The notes under the pieces are model-generated. The model saw nothing but the letters and a program-made list of their open reading frames with translations, ran no database searches and was not told the origin of the DNA. The position numbers and the translations under genes are program-made. 59,561 nucleotides of DNA from an uncultured Pseudomonadales bacterium. Its GTDB lineage: Bacteria > Patescibacteriota > Microgenomatia > UBA1400 > UBA1449. Where the stretch lies: contig CAYLQQ010000007.1 of NCBI GenBank assembly GCA_964386355.1, forward strand, positions 1-59,561. Direction: 5' to 3'. Shown one piece after another: positions 20,694 to 29,915 of the stretch (its first letter is position 1; every line of letters begins with the position of its first letter).

Positions 20694-21980
20694 ATGCCGA
20701 TTATTCCCAATACACTTGTATCAAAGATACAATCCTCACCTCACAACCCTGGTGTATATATTTTTAAAGATAGCCTTGGCAATGTTTTATATATTGGTAA
20801 AGCTATAAATTTACACAGACGATTGATGTATTACACTAAAGATGAAAAGGATCTGTACGAAAAAACAGCCCAATTTCTAAAACAAGCCCAAACTGTCCAA
20901 TGGATTGAGGTAAAAAGCGATATTGAATCACTACTTCTAGAAATTAACTTAATCAGAACATTAAAGCCTAAATATAATATCATTAGTAAAGATGACAAGC
21001 GGCCTCTATATGTTTGGATAAGTAATGATCCGATTCCCAGAGTACGGACTGCACGGGTGGAAATACCAGGTACTGGCGACTATATAGGTCCATTTCCTTC
21101 AGGATATCGTTTGGGTTTTTTGCTAAAAAAACTGCGCCGGATCTTCCCCTACTGTTCTTGTTCTACAAAACGAAAACATCCTTGCATGTATGTCGACCTT
21201 GGACTGTGTCCGAACCCCCATAGCTTACAAACTCCACGAAAAAAAGCAGCATACACCAGGACAATAAACAAACTAAAACTATTTCTAAATGGAAATATAT
21301 CTAAAGTCATTACGCAGTTAAAAAAGGAAATGGATGGGTACAGCAAGAAGTTAGAATTTGAAAAATCATCAGCAATAAAATACCAAATAGAGGCAATACA
21401 AATGCTGCTTGAACAACCAGTTTCCATAGCACAATATTTTTCAGACCAAAGCATTCAACAGCATGTAAGCAAAGCCCAGTGGAATGTCCTTGAGAAACTG
21501 GTACACATATCCCCAATAACAAGAATTGAGGGGTATGATATTGCAAATACATCTGGGACCCTCCCAACTGCATCGATGGTGGTTTTTGAAGGCGGTTTCG
21601 CAAGTACCTCACAATATCGTAAATTTAAAATTCGAGAAATTGAAGGAGCAAATGATCCATTGATGATCTACCAGACATTATCAAGAAGGTTAAAACATGT
21701 TGAGTGGAAGTATCCAGAAATACTATTGATTGATGGTGGCAAAACCCAGGTAAAAGCAGCTATGAAAGCCCTGGCAGAATTTAATCTACAGATTCAAATA
21801 ATTGGACTGGCGAAAAAATTTGAGGAACTTGTTATACCGGTTGATAATTCTATACAAGTGCTTAGACTGCCAATGGATCATATGGCTTTGACACTTCTTA
21901 GGTCAATCCGAGATGAAGCTCATAGGTTTACGACAACGTTTCATAAAATTCTCAGAGAAAAGGATGTCTTTGCAAAATAA
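20694..21980 (+). CDS. uvrC: excinuclease ABC subunit C, short form lacking the C-terminal (HhH)2 domain
   Basis: GIY-YIG (GVYIFKDSLGNVLYIGKAINLHRRL...YN). Cys cluster. UVR-like helix (LEFEKSSAIKYQIEAIQ). Endonuclease domain ending IRDEAHRFTTTFH. The ORF stops about 20 aa later. Confidence 0.85.
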   Translation: MPIIPNTLVSKIQSSPHNPGVYIFKDSLGNVLYIGKAINLHRRLMYYTKDEKDLYEKTAQFLKQAQTVQWIEVKSDIESLLLEINLIRTLKPKYNIISKDDKRPLYVWISNDPIPRVRTARVEIPGTGDYIGPFPSGYRLGFLLKKLRRIFPYCSCSTKRKHPCMYVDLGLCPNPHSLQTPRKKAAYTRTINKLKLFLNGNISKVITQLKKEMDGYSKKLEFEKSSAIKYQIEAIQMLLEQPVSIAQYFSDQSIQQHVSKAQWNVLEKLVHISPITRIEGYDIANTSGTLPTASMVVFEGGFASTSQYRKFKIREIEGANDPLMIYQTLSRRLKHVEWKYPEILLIDGGKTQVKAAMKALAEFNLQIQIIGLAKKFEELVIPVDNSIQVLRLPMDHMALTLLRSIRDEAHRFTTTFHKILREKDVFAK

Positions 21981-22020
21981 TCTTCTTTTATAAAGAAGTA
22001 TTTTTATTTATACTATAAGA

Positions 22021-22437
22021 ATGAACTTTATTACACAGTTTATACGAAATTGGTTTAGAAACCTTATTGTGCTCCTTGCACTGGATAGGTTATATCCCGG
22101 CTTTTCTATTCCCTCATTATTTTCAACCCAGATTTTAAGTGCATTTGTTCTTACATCAATCATTACATTCTTTCAACCGATATTAAAAATGATAGTGTTA
22201 CCCGTAAATATAATTACATTTGGCATGTTTACGTGGTTATTGGAGGCACTAATTTTACTTATGCTAACGCTTATTATTGACAACGTATCATTCCATCCTT
22301 TTACGTATCAGGCATTTACATTTCTTGGGGTTAATATACCAGGGGGCCAACTTAATATCATATTATCTATATTTTTCGGTAGCGTACTTTTTAAATTCCT
22401 GGTAAGCTTAGTAAAATATCTGACTACTGAGGACTGA
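22021..22437 (+). CDS. small 4-TM membrane protein (holin superfamily IV / YvlD-like)
   Basis: 138 aa with four hydrophobic segments. The family assignment is tentative. Confidence 0.45.
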   Translation: MNFITQFIRNWFRNLIVLLALDRLYPGFSIPSLFSTQILSAFVLTSIITFFQPILKMIVLPVNIITFGMFTWLLEALILLMLTLIIDNVSFHPFTYQAFTFLGVNIPGGQLNIILSIFFGSVLFKFLVSLVKYLTTED

Positions 22438-23857
22438 CATCAACCGAAGAATTATCACTTTTCCTAACTCCAGTTTGTAAAAGCTCTAAAGCTGCATTCT
22501 TAATACTGTTTTTTCGTACAATTGAATATGATTTTGGATAATAAAGAAATAGTGCGGGTAGCTCTTCAACAAAATATTTTTGAAAATCGTAATAATATTC
22601 TTTTCTTGTTTTTGTATCAAGCGCAGTCCTGCCTTCTTCAAGCAATTTATCAATTCTAAGGTTTTTTAGATTCACTATATTATTTGGCCATTCCTGCGTC
22701 GAATGCCACAAGGAATATTGATCCGGGTCAGTTGGAATTTCTTGTGCTGTCAGAAGTATCTGGTAATTCGGATCTATAGCGTTTATAACTTCAACTTCAA
22801 CATTACATTGAAAAACTTCTTCCCAGTCTTTTTTTATCTCCTCTGCTGTCGGTAAAAGGGAGTTGGTAGTTGAAATTTTTAGTGTCATCTCGCGTACTTT
22901 ATCTATATTGCCAAAAGATTTTTCTGCCAACTCATTTGCACGCTTTGGTTCAAAGTCATACAGTTTTACTTCGGGGTTATACGCCCAGCTCGTTTTTGAA
23001 ATAGGACCTGTTGCCCGGGTTTCATCTTTCGGTTTTCTGGTTGCATATGCGAGAGCTTGGCGTAGGCCTTTGTTATCCTTAAACAGATCATGCTCCATAT
23101 TAAAAAACAGAGCAATGTGAGAATTGTGTTTGTCAGTTGTGCTGATATCTACTGATGCCCTCCAATCAGGCTCACGCTCAAAAATATCGCTTTGAATATC
23201 GTGAAGCTCATCTATTTCTCCCATCATAAATGCCATTTTTGCCATAGAAAGCGTTGGATATGATTTATAAATCAATATACTGTCATCTTTCTCAAGCTGG
23301 ATCATCCTTACAACACCATTACTTTCAGAAATTTGTTTAACGGTATATTCTCCCAAACCAATAAAGTTTTTTTTGAATACTGGCTGTGAAAGCAAGAGAG
23401 GAAAAGGTGCGAATGATTTTGACGACGAAAGCTTAAACAGTATAGTTTTATCATCCTTTTTTATTACCTCAACATCAGAAAAGTTATATTCCAAATCTTT
23501 TGATGTAAGCACTGTGCCATCATGCCATAGTAGATTATCTTTTAGGAAAAATGTGTATTCTTTGCCGTCATTGCTTTCTACCCATTTATCAGAAATTAAG
23601 GGAGCAGCACTTCCGTCTGGCATACTAACCGTAAGACCTTGACTAATTTTTGAACGTATGGCTAGTGGCATTTGAGCTTTGGAAAACTGTCCGATAATTC
23701 CAATCCGGTGAGCTTTAATTGGACGGGGTAATATGGGAAGCAACCATATAAAACCAATAGAAACGACAATACCTAAAAAGATACCTAAAAACATGATACG
23801 GCGATGTTTTTTTAGGAAGCTAGAAATATACCATGCCCAAATTTGTGATTTTTTCAT
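22424..23857 (-). CDS. ABC transporter substrate-binding protein, family 5 (peptide/nickel type), membrane-anchored
   Basis: N-terminal TM segment. YTFFLKDNLLWHDGTVLTSKDLEYNF and ...LFLYYP... are typical of SBP_bac_5. Confidence 0.75.
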   Translation of the reverse strand: MKKSQIWAWYISSFLKKHRRIMFLGIFLGIVVSIGFIWLLPILPRPIKAHRIGIIGQFSKAQMPLAIRSKISQGLTVSMPDGSAAPLISDKWVESNDGKEYTFFLKDNLLWHDGTVLTSKDLEYNFSDVEVIKKDDKTILFKLSSSKSFAPFPLLLSQPVFKKNFIGLGEYTVKQISESNGVVRMIQLEKDDSILIYKSYPTLSMAKMAFMMGEIDELHDIQSDIFEREPDWRASVDISTTDKHNSHIALFFNMEHDLFKDNKGLRQALAYATRKPKDETRATGPISKTSWAYNPEVKLYDFEPKRANELAEKSFGNIDKVREMTLKISTTNSLLPTAEEIKKDWEEVFQCNVEVEVINAIDPNYQILLTAQEIPTDPDQYSLWHSTQEWPNNIVNLKNLRIDKLLEEGRTALDTKTRKEYYYDFQKYFVEELPALFLYYPKSYSIVRKNSIKNAALELLQTGVRKSDNSSVDVSPQ

Positions 23858-23949
23858 ATCAATATATTATACAAGCATTTACTAGTGAGAGTGAGCGATA
23901 TGTACCAATGCTGAAATTACACAATATACCCAAAGAATGTACTGAAATA

Positions 23950-24159
23950 CTAGATGATGAAGTTTGCAATTGAGATACTGACAAATAAAACGGACAAAAC
24001 GATGGTAAGCTGAAATAAGAACTTTTCTGATCCCCTGCGGGTTCTGGCATAGCTGCTACCAAAGGTACTGCCCAAACCACCTCCTTTAGGCTGCAATAAA
24101 ATAACAGCTACCAGTAAAATACTGATTACAACCTGAATAATGGTTAAAATAGTGTTCAT
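23950..24159 (-). CDS. secG: preprotein translocase subunit SecG
   Basis: 69 aa with two TM segments and VILLQPKGGGLGSTFG. Confidence 0.8.
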   Translation of the reverse strand: MNTILTIIQVVISILLVAVILLQPKGGGLGSTFGSSYARTRRGSEKFLFQLTIVLSVLFVSISIANFII

Positions 24160-24244
24160 ATAAACAATTATAACAAATTTGTTAAATCTAGCCTAATAGA
24201 TGTTTTAATAAACTATAAAATAATATTAACTGGACAGCCTCTTT

Positions 24245-24928
24245 TTAAGTATTTTTCAAAATGGTTTCCTTTATTATTGATCCATCCTTGAGTTCAATAA
24301 TCCTCTGGGCTAATTTTGCATATTCAGGCTCGTGAGTAACCATAATAATGGTTTGACCTTGCTTGTGAAGATTTTGGAAAATATTTAACACCGTTTCTGA
24401 TGACTCTGTATCTAGATTAGCGGTTGGTTCATCAGCAAAAAGTATTTTTGGGTTATGAACAATTGCACGGGCTATACTCACTCTCTGTTGTTGACCTCCA
24501 GATAGTTGACTTGGTAAGTTATCTAGTCTGTCTTGAAGATCTACTTTGGAAAGAGATTCTTCTGCTTTTTTTTCTGCGATACCCTCATCAATCCCCTGCA
24601 TGAGTAGCGGCATCATCACATTTTCCTTGGCTGTCAACATAGGTAAAATAGCATAGTCTTGGAAAATGTAACCCAAATTTTTTAATCTAAATGAGATTCT
24701 TTCATCACTTGTTAATAAAGATGTATCAATATCTTCAATCAGTATAGTTCCTTCATTTGGCCTATCTAATAAACTTAATTGGTATAAAAGCGTACTTTTA
24801 CCTGATCCGGACATACCCGTAATTGCCAAAAACTGTCCTGAAGGCACTGAAAAGCTAATATTATTTAATGCGATAAGTGTATTATCACCAATGGTAAATA
24901 TTTTTTTAAGGTTATTTACTTTAATCAT
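24245..24928 (-). CDS. ABC transporter ATP-binding protein (MacB/LolD-type)
   Basis: Walker A GMSGSGKST, signature LSGGQQQRVSIARA, Walker B ILFADEPT. Confidence 0.9.
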   Translation of the reverse strand: MIKVNNLKKIFTIGDNTLIALNNISFSVPSGQFLAITGMSGSGKSTLLYQLSLLDRPNEGTILIEDIDTSLLTSDERISFRLKNLGYIFQDYAILPMLTAKENVMMPLLMQGIDEGIAEKKAEESLSKVDLQDRLDNLPSQLSGGQQQRVSIARAIVHNPKILFADEPTANLDTESSETVLNIFQNLHKQGQTIIMVTHEPEYAKLAQRIIELKDGSIIKETILKNT

Positions 24929-24931
24929 ATT

Positions 24932-26206
24932 TTATCTACCCAGAATTGCATCTAACGTATTTTGTTTGGTTACTAATTTTGCAGGAACATACCCAGAGAT
25001 AAATGCTGTGCTTATCAAGATAATAGCACGAATAATAAGACCACTTATTGTAATAGCCAACTTCCCCTCGGTTACCGGAAATTTTAGTGGATGAAGATCA
25101 AACCAAGGTGCTAAAAACCAAGTAATAATAAAGCTGGAAAATAATATTCCAGAAAGTGCATAAAACAATGATTGAATAACATATGAAATCTCAATAGCGC
25201 GTGCAGAAATCCCAATTCCTTTCATAATACCTATATATTTCCTTCTGGTGATGGCATTGACAAAAATTACAATAAAAATTGTGATCGCTCCCACAATTAA
25301 GGAAATTATGCCTACAATATTTCCTAGCATTGAGAAGGTTTTTTTCATATCCGAAATCGCCTTTGGTAACGTTTCTTCAGCTGTTTCTACAATGATATCT
25401 GTGTTATATGGAAAATTTTCAACTATATATGCTTTGGCATCTTTACTATTGGAATCCTGATTTAATAACAATGCAATTTCATTTACATTCAGGCTTTGAT
25501 TATTTATCAATGCACGCATAGTACTCTCAAGTATAAAGATGCGATTATCCACTGTCGTATTACCGGTATCGATGACACCTTTAACTGTCACCTCAATATT
25601 TGATGCACCTATTATCAGTTTCAATCTAGATCCAACTACAACTCCATCCAGTCGAGATTCTGTTGAGGAACCCTTGGAATATTCTGCCAATAAACCTTTT
25701 CCCAATAAAATACTTTCTGTGTCATAGTCGTTCAAATATTCTCCGGTAATTATTTGAGTGGACAGTCCGGTAACCACATCTTCTTCGCTTGGATTAATTC
25801 CTACCAAAGTACTGCTTACTCGTTGACCAATTTCAGTTTCTTTAATCTTTATTATGTTTTCATTTTCCAAAATTGCCGCTATAGTATATCGTTTCGATAA
25901 TGCCTTGTAAGAAGGTAGACTTTTGATAAGTGACTCTAACATGGTTGATTGGGGAATTGAGATATTTTTACTAGCAGGTTTGACCAAAACATCCGAAGAA
26001 TAATAGGTTTTAAACGAATTCATCATTCCATCAGCCAGTCCGATGAGAATACCCCCCATTAATACCATATTAAAGAAGGTCAGTGACATAACAAAAATAA
26101 TTAGAGCTGTTGACCAGGGGTTATTACGTTTAAGCTCACGAGTTGCCAAAAATGTACCTACAGTAATATCTTTTACAAACTTGCTAAACACTTGAGGTAA
26201 TTTCAT
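24932..26206 (-). CDS. ABC transporter permease (FtsX/MacB-type)
   Basis: 424 aa with a TM1 - large extracytoplasmic domain - 3 TM architecture. KYIGIMKGIGISARAI motif. Confidence 0.85.
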   Translation of the reverse strand: MKLPQVFSKFVKDITVGTFLATRELKRNNPWSTALIIFVMSLTFFNMVLMGGILIGLADGMMNSFKTYYSSDVLVKPASKNISIPQSTMLESLIKSLPSYKALSKRYTIAAILENENIIKIKETEIGQRVSSTLVGINPSEEDVVTGLSTQIITGEYLNDYDTESILLGKGLLAEYSKGSSTESRLDGVVVGSRLKLIIGASNIEVTVKGVIDTGNTTVDNRIFILESTMRALINNQSLNVNEIALLLNQDSNSKDAKAYIVENFPYNTDIIVETAEETLPKAISDMKKTFSMLGNIVGIISLIVGAITIFIVIFVNAITRRKYIGIMKGIGISARAIEISYVIQSLFYALSGILFSSFIITWFLAPWFDLHPLKFPVTEGKLAITISGLIIRAIILISTAFISGYVPAKLVTKQNTLDAILGR

Positions 26207-27156
26207 ATACTTTTACTATTTGGTCTTACCAATACTTTCGTTCCGTTTTCCAAACCAGACACTATTTCCGCTTTGACAAATCCTTTTTCACCTACTTCAA
26301 CTGATGTTAAAACCCCATCTTCATCGTTCGCTATTTGAATATATGACTTTCCATCTTTAAAAATTATTGCGCTGAGTGGTACCGCAAATGTATTTTCTTT
26401 GCGAATCAGCTCAATAGTAGCAATTGCTATCATATTTTGTTTAATTTCGGGAGTTATATCAGCAATCTCGATCTTTGTTTCAAAAGTAACAACTCCACCA
26501 TTGATAGTACCCACAGAATCGATTGCTGTAACTTTTCCAAAAAATACCCTATCCTTCATAGCATCAAACGTCACAGTAACATTTTGACCGACAGATACTT
26601 TTGGAGCATATATTTCATTTATATATACTGTTAGAAGTGCATCGTCTTCTAACGAATCTTCATACGCAATTTTTGCTAAGTTTAGCTGTGCTTGAGCAGC
26701 AGCAATCGAAATATTTGCTTCTTTATACTTTGTTTCGGCTGACCGGAAATCTTTTTCTGCCTGGACCAGTTTTGAATCTATGCTAAGTTTTTCCAGATCA
26801 GTATAGTCTTCTTTGGTAGTTGGGTTAGTTGTATTCTCGTTTTTATAATTAACACCATTTTCAGCGTCTAAAACTATTTGTCTTTTTGACCACATAGCAG
26901 CATCAGCTGTCTCCTTATTTTGTCTGGCAGTAGTGAGTGTACTTATAGCGGTTTGGTATGCTGCATACGCAGCGGCCTTTTCTGTTTCTGTTGCTGTCTT
27001 ATGATATATACCGCTTACTTGAATTGTTTCAAGAAATGTCTCCTTTTGAGCGGTGTAAATAAGACGGGTATCAGGTTTGCGGAGCATGACAGTTTTAAAC
27101 CCAACAGCTGAAATTATGATCAAGGCTGCTATTGGAATAATTTTGGGAATCTTCAT
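26203..27156 (-). CDS. efflux adaptor protein (HlyD/MacA family)
   Basis: N-terminal anchor, coiled-coil hairpin, then a beta-barrel segment (VGQNVTVTFDA...FGKVTAI). 4-nt overlap with the permease gene. Confidence 0.7.
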   Translation of the reverse strand: MKIPKIIPIAALIIISAVGFKTVMLRKPDTRLIYTAQKETFLETIQVSGIYHKTATETEKAAAYAAYQTAISTLTTARQNKETADAAMWSKRQIVLDAENGVNYKNENTTNPTTKEDYTDLEKLSIDSKLVQAEKDFRSAETKYKEANISIAAAQAQLNLAKIAYEDSLEDDALLTVYINEIYAPKVSVGQNVTVTFDAMKDRVFFGKVTAIDSVGTINGGVVTFETKIEIADITPEIKQNMIAIATIELIRKENTFAVPLSAIIFKDGKSYIQIANDEDGVLTSVEVGEKGFVKAEIVSGLENGTKVLVRPNSKSI

Positions 27157-27157
27157 A

Positions 27158-27592
27158 TTATTCTGATTTTTCAGCTTCTAAAATAGTAGTAAAAATGCGC
27201 ACTAATTCTTTAAGATCATTTTCTGGAATAGATGACAAAACTTTAAAATGATTTTTCTCTAATTGGAGTTTATAAATTTCTATTTGCTCTTTTCCTTTTG
27301 AAGTAAGTGAAAGACAGATAATCCTACGATCAGTGGGACTATCTTCTCTTTTGATTAGTTTTGCATCAGACAGTCGATTGGTAAGCTGAGCCGTTGCAGA
27401 CAATGAAATTGATAATTCTTCAGCTAAAATGCCAACAGGGGTTTTAGGGTGTTCTTGAATGAAGCTAAGTGCTTGAGCTTGCAGCAGTGTGATTGCTTTA
27501 TCTTCAAATGAGCTTGTCTGTTCAATTAATCGGCGAACCTTTACAGCTTTGTTTAAAAACTCAGATAATAGTTTTGTGTCGGTATTATTCAT
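27158..27592 (-). CDS. MarR family transcriptional regulator
   Basis: Winged-HTH pattern GILAEELSISLSATAQLTNRLSDAKLIKREDSPTDRR. Confidence 0.85.
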   Translation of the reverse strand: MNNTDTKLLSEFLNKAVKVRRLIEQTSSFEDKAITLLQAQALSFIQEHPKTPVGILAEELSISLSATAQLTNRLSDAKLIKREDSPTDRRIICLSLTSKGKEQIEIYKLQLEKNHFKVLSSIPENDLKELVRIFTTILEAEKSE

Positions 27593-27616
27593 AGTAATGT
27601 TAATTTATACTATGAA

Positions 27617-27635
27617 TAGTTTATGACATAAACTA
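27617..27635. promoter_or_regulatory. perfect palindrome upstream of marR operon (putative MarR operator)
   Basis: TAGTTTATG-A-CATAAACTA lies 25 nt upstream of the marR start codon. Confidence 0.4.
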
Positions 27636-27710
27636 TATAAAGTCAAGAAAATTGTCCGCTCTTTGGGCGAAGCACACTATTATCCCGATATTGCCTTTTT
27701 ATTTAAATTG

Positions 27711-27782
27711 TGAGCCGACCGGGGCTCGAACCCGGAACACCTTGCTTAAGAGGCAAGTGCTCTACCATTGAGCTATCGGCCC
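27711..27782 (-). tRNA. tRNA-Lys (anticodon CTT)
   Basis: The reverse complement is GGGCCGATAGCTCAATGGTAGAGCACTTGCCTCTTAAGCAAGGTGTTCCGGGTTCGAGCCCCGGTCGGCTCA. The anticodon loop is CTCTTAA. Confidence 0.85.
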
Positions 27783-27942
27783 AAGTTATAAAATACATCT
27801 TGGGATTTCGATTTGTCTAACAACTCACGTATTCATTTCGTTACCATTGATAGTTAATATTCGTTTTATAGACACTACCTTGATTGAATCCGTTCTTAAA
27901 ATGTATTTTATATTTTTATAACTATTTTTAATATTGCAAATG

Positions 27943-28014
27943 TGCTCCCAGTAAGAATCGAACTTACATCCACAGTTCCGAAGACTGTTGTTCTATCCAT
28001 TGAACTATGGGAGC
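27943..28014 (-). tRNA. tRNA-Arg (anticodon TCG)
   Basis: The reverse complement is GCTCCCATAGTTCAATGGATAGAACAACAGTCTTCGGAACTGTGGATGTAAGTTCGATTCTTACTGGGAGCA. The anticodon loop is CTTCGGA. Confidence 0.85.
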
Positions 28015-28021
28015 AGAAATG

Positions 28022-28288
28022 TCAATCTTCTTCTGATGCAAATTCTTTCTTAAGATGTTTATGAAACGTTTCACCTTGTTTGGTGGTCCCAAACTTTACA
28101 TTATCACCTTCCCATTTCGTTATTCCTGTGGATTCAAAAGAGTTACCATGTGTAACCATAAAACTTGCTATCTGCCGGTTTGTAACACCTCCAAATTTTG
28201 TAAGTGATTTTCGAATCCAGAATTCTGCACCTTTTGGAATACAACTACTGACAGTGATATCTCTATCAACAATAAGATCTCTTTCCAT
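28022..28288 (-). CDS. hypothetical protein downstream of elp3
   Basis: 88-aa ORF, 16 nt after the elp3 stop on the same strand. No recognisable motif. Confidence 0.4.
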   Translation of the reverse strand: MERDLIVDRDITVSSCIPKGAEFWIRKSLTKFGGVTNRQIASFMVTHGNSFESTGITKWEGDNVKFGTTKQGETFHKHLKKEFASEED

Positions 28289-28304
28289 ATAAGTATATAT
28301 TATA

Positions 28305-29864
28305 TCAGCTTATTTGCTTAACCATATATGTATCTATAAGCTCATACCCCAATTTACGGTAGTACTCTCGAACCCCTACTCCCGATATTATAGCCATCTT
28401 TTTAAACCCATTCGCCCGTGCAAGTCTTTCTGCTTCTACTATAAGATTTTTTCCAAAGCTCCTGTGCTGCGCTGAGTCTTTTGAAGTAGTATCGATCTTA
28501 ATCTGTTTCCCAAATGATTGCACTTCTCGTACCACTGCGGAATTTTTTAGAACAGGGAATAGGTTGTCTAACTGATCACCTTGATGGGGTAAACGCAACC
28601 TCAGCATAGCATGCAGGTACCTGTCAGATTCGTATGACAAAAAAACTTCTTTGCTGTCATTAGCATCGTATTCAAAAGATTTTAGAGTGATTTCGCTTTC
28701 ATCTTTATGGCCTTTTATTTCTCTGCAGCGAATGCAATGACATTTCATGCCATTTGTTTTCATATACCTCGCAACTACATCACGCATATTTGTCTGCTTA
28801 GTTCCCCCCATCGTCCATTTTTTGGTAATATCTCTGACCAGCCTGTCTATCCTGCAATACTGTGGTACATATTGCTTCATGGCTGCAAGCGTTTTCATGA
28901 GCGTTTCGTCATCCCATGGGAGGTATTCACCATTTTTAAACTGCGCATATAGTTTGGTATAGGGTAAAACGATAGTTGGATAGATCTTTAGGGTATCCGG
29001 CTTGAATCTCTCGTCTTCAAACATCAATTTTATTCCCTTAATATCAGACTCAGGCGTTGCACCGGGAAGGTTTGGCATAAGATGATAGTTTATTTTAAAC
29101 CCAGTATTTCGAAGCAGTTTTGTGGCACGAGCTACTTCATCCAAACCATGACCTCGTTCAACTTTGTGTAAAACATCCTCATCCAGTGACTGCACACCTA
29201 ACTGAACCTTTGTCACGCCATAGTTTCTTAAAAATACTATTTCATCCTCTGTAACCCAGTCAGGCCTGGTTTCGATACTCATTCCTACAATCCGGTACAA
29301 TGCAGTTTCGTTTGACTCTATTGCCTGTTCGATGCTATCAGATTCATGCCCATTACAGGCTTCATAGATACGTTTGATAAAGTGACTGGCATAGTCTTTT
29401 GGATACGCTGAAAATGTACCGCCGATAATTATTACCTGTAATTTTTGAGGGTTATGACCTGTAATCTCAAACTGTTCTAGCCGAGATCTAACCTGTTTAT
29501 ATGGATCAAATTCAAGCCCCTTAGCTCGAGCTGCTGCAGGCTCATCTGACATATAGCTTTTTGGCATACCAGGTTCTTGGATACAGTATGTGCATTTGCC
29601 GGGGCATTTAAAAGGACCCATCATGACTGCAAAAGGAGCCACACCTGACATGGTCCTGACTCGCCGGACTTTGAGTGAATCTTCAAGTTCGAGATTTTGT
29701 TCAATTTTTCGAGCTTCAACTAGATCACGATAGGCAGTCAAAATCTCACTATGCGTCGGAATGCGTTTAAGTTGCCGTGCCCATCGTAATTTTGTCTTAT
29801 GCCAGTTTTTAAAATCGAGTTCCCCCCAGTCATGGTACAATAGGTTTGTTAGATTAGTATCCAT
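28305..29864 (-). CDS. elp3: Elp3-type radical-SAM / GNAT tRNA U34 carboxymethylation enzyme
   Basis: Radical-SAM cluster FKCPGKCTYC. Long Elp3-like core (IETRPDWV..., KVQLGVQSLD, KIYPTIV). C-terminal GNAT (HRSFGKNLIVEAERLARANGFKKMAIISGVGVREYYRKLGYE). I call the start at the internal Met (MDTNLTNLLYHDW); the longer ORF to 30038 would overlap the divergent gene. Confidence 0.85.
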   Translation of the reverse strand: MDTNLTNLLYHDWGELDFKNWHKTKLRWARQLKRIPTHSEILTAYRDLVEARKIEQNLELEDSLKVRRVRTMSGVAPFAVMMGPFKCPGKCTYCIQEPGMPKSYMSDEPAAARAKGLEFDPYKQVRSRLEQFEITGHNPQKLQVIIIGGTFSAYPKDYASHFIKRIYEACNGHESDSIEQAIESNETALYRIVGMSIETRPDWVTEDEIVFLRNYGVTKVQLGVQSLDEDVLHKVERGHGLDEVARATKLLRNTGFKINYHLMPNLPGATPESDIKGIKLMFEDERFKPDTLKIYPTIVLPYTKLYAQFKNGEYLPWDDETLMKTLAAMKQYVPQYCRIDRLVRDITKKWTMGGTKQTNMRDVVARYMKTNGMKCHCIRCREIKGHKDESEITLKSFEYDANDSKEVFLSYESDRYLHAMLRLRLPHQGDQLDNLFPVLKNSAVVREVQSFGKQIKIDTTSKDSAQHRSFGKNLIVEAERLARANGFKKMAIISGVGVREYYRKLGYELIDTYMVKQIS

Positions 29865-29915
29865 ATTGTCTTTTGTATGTGCACTTTTTGTGCTTTTACT
29901 TAGATAATCAGACTG

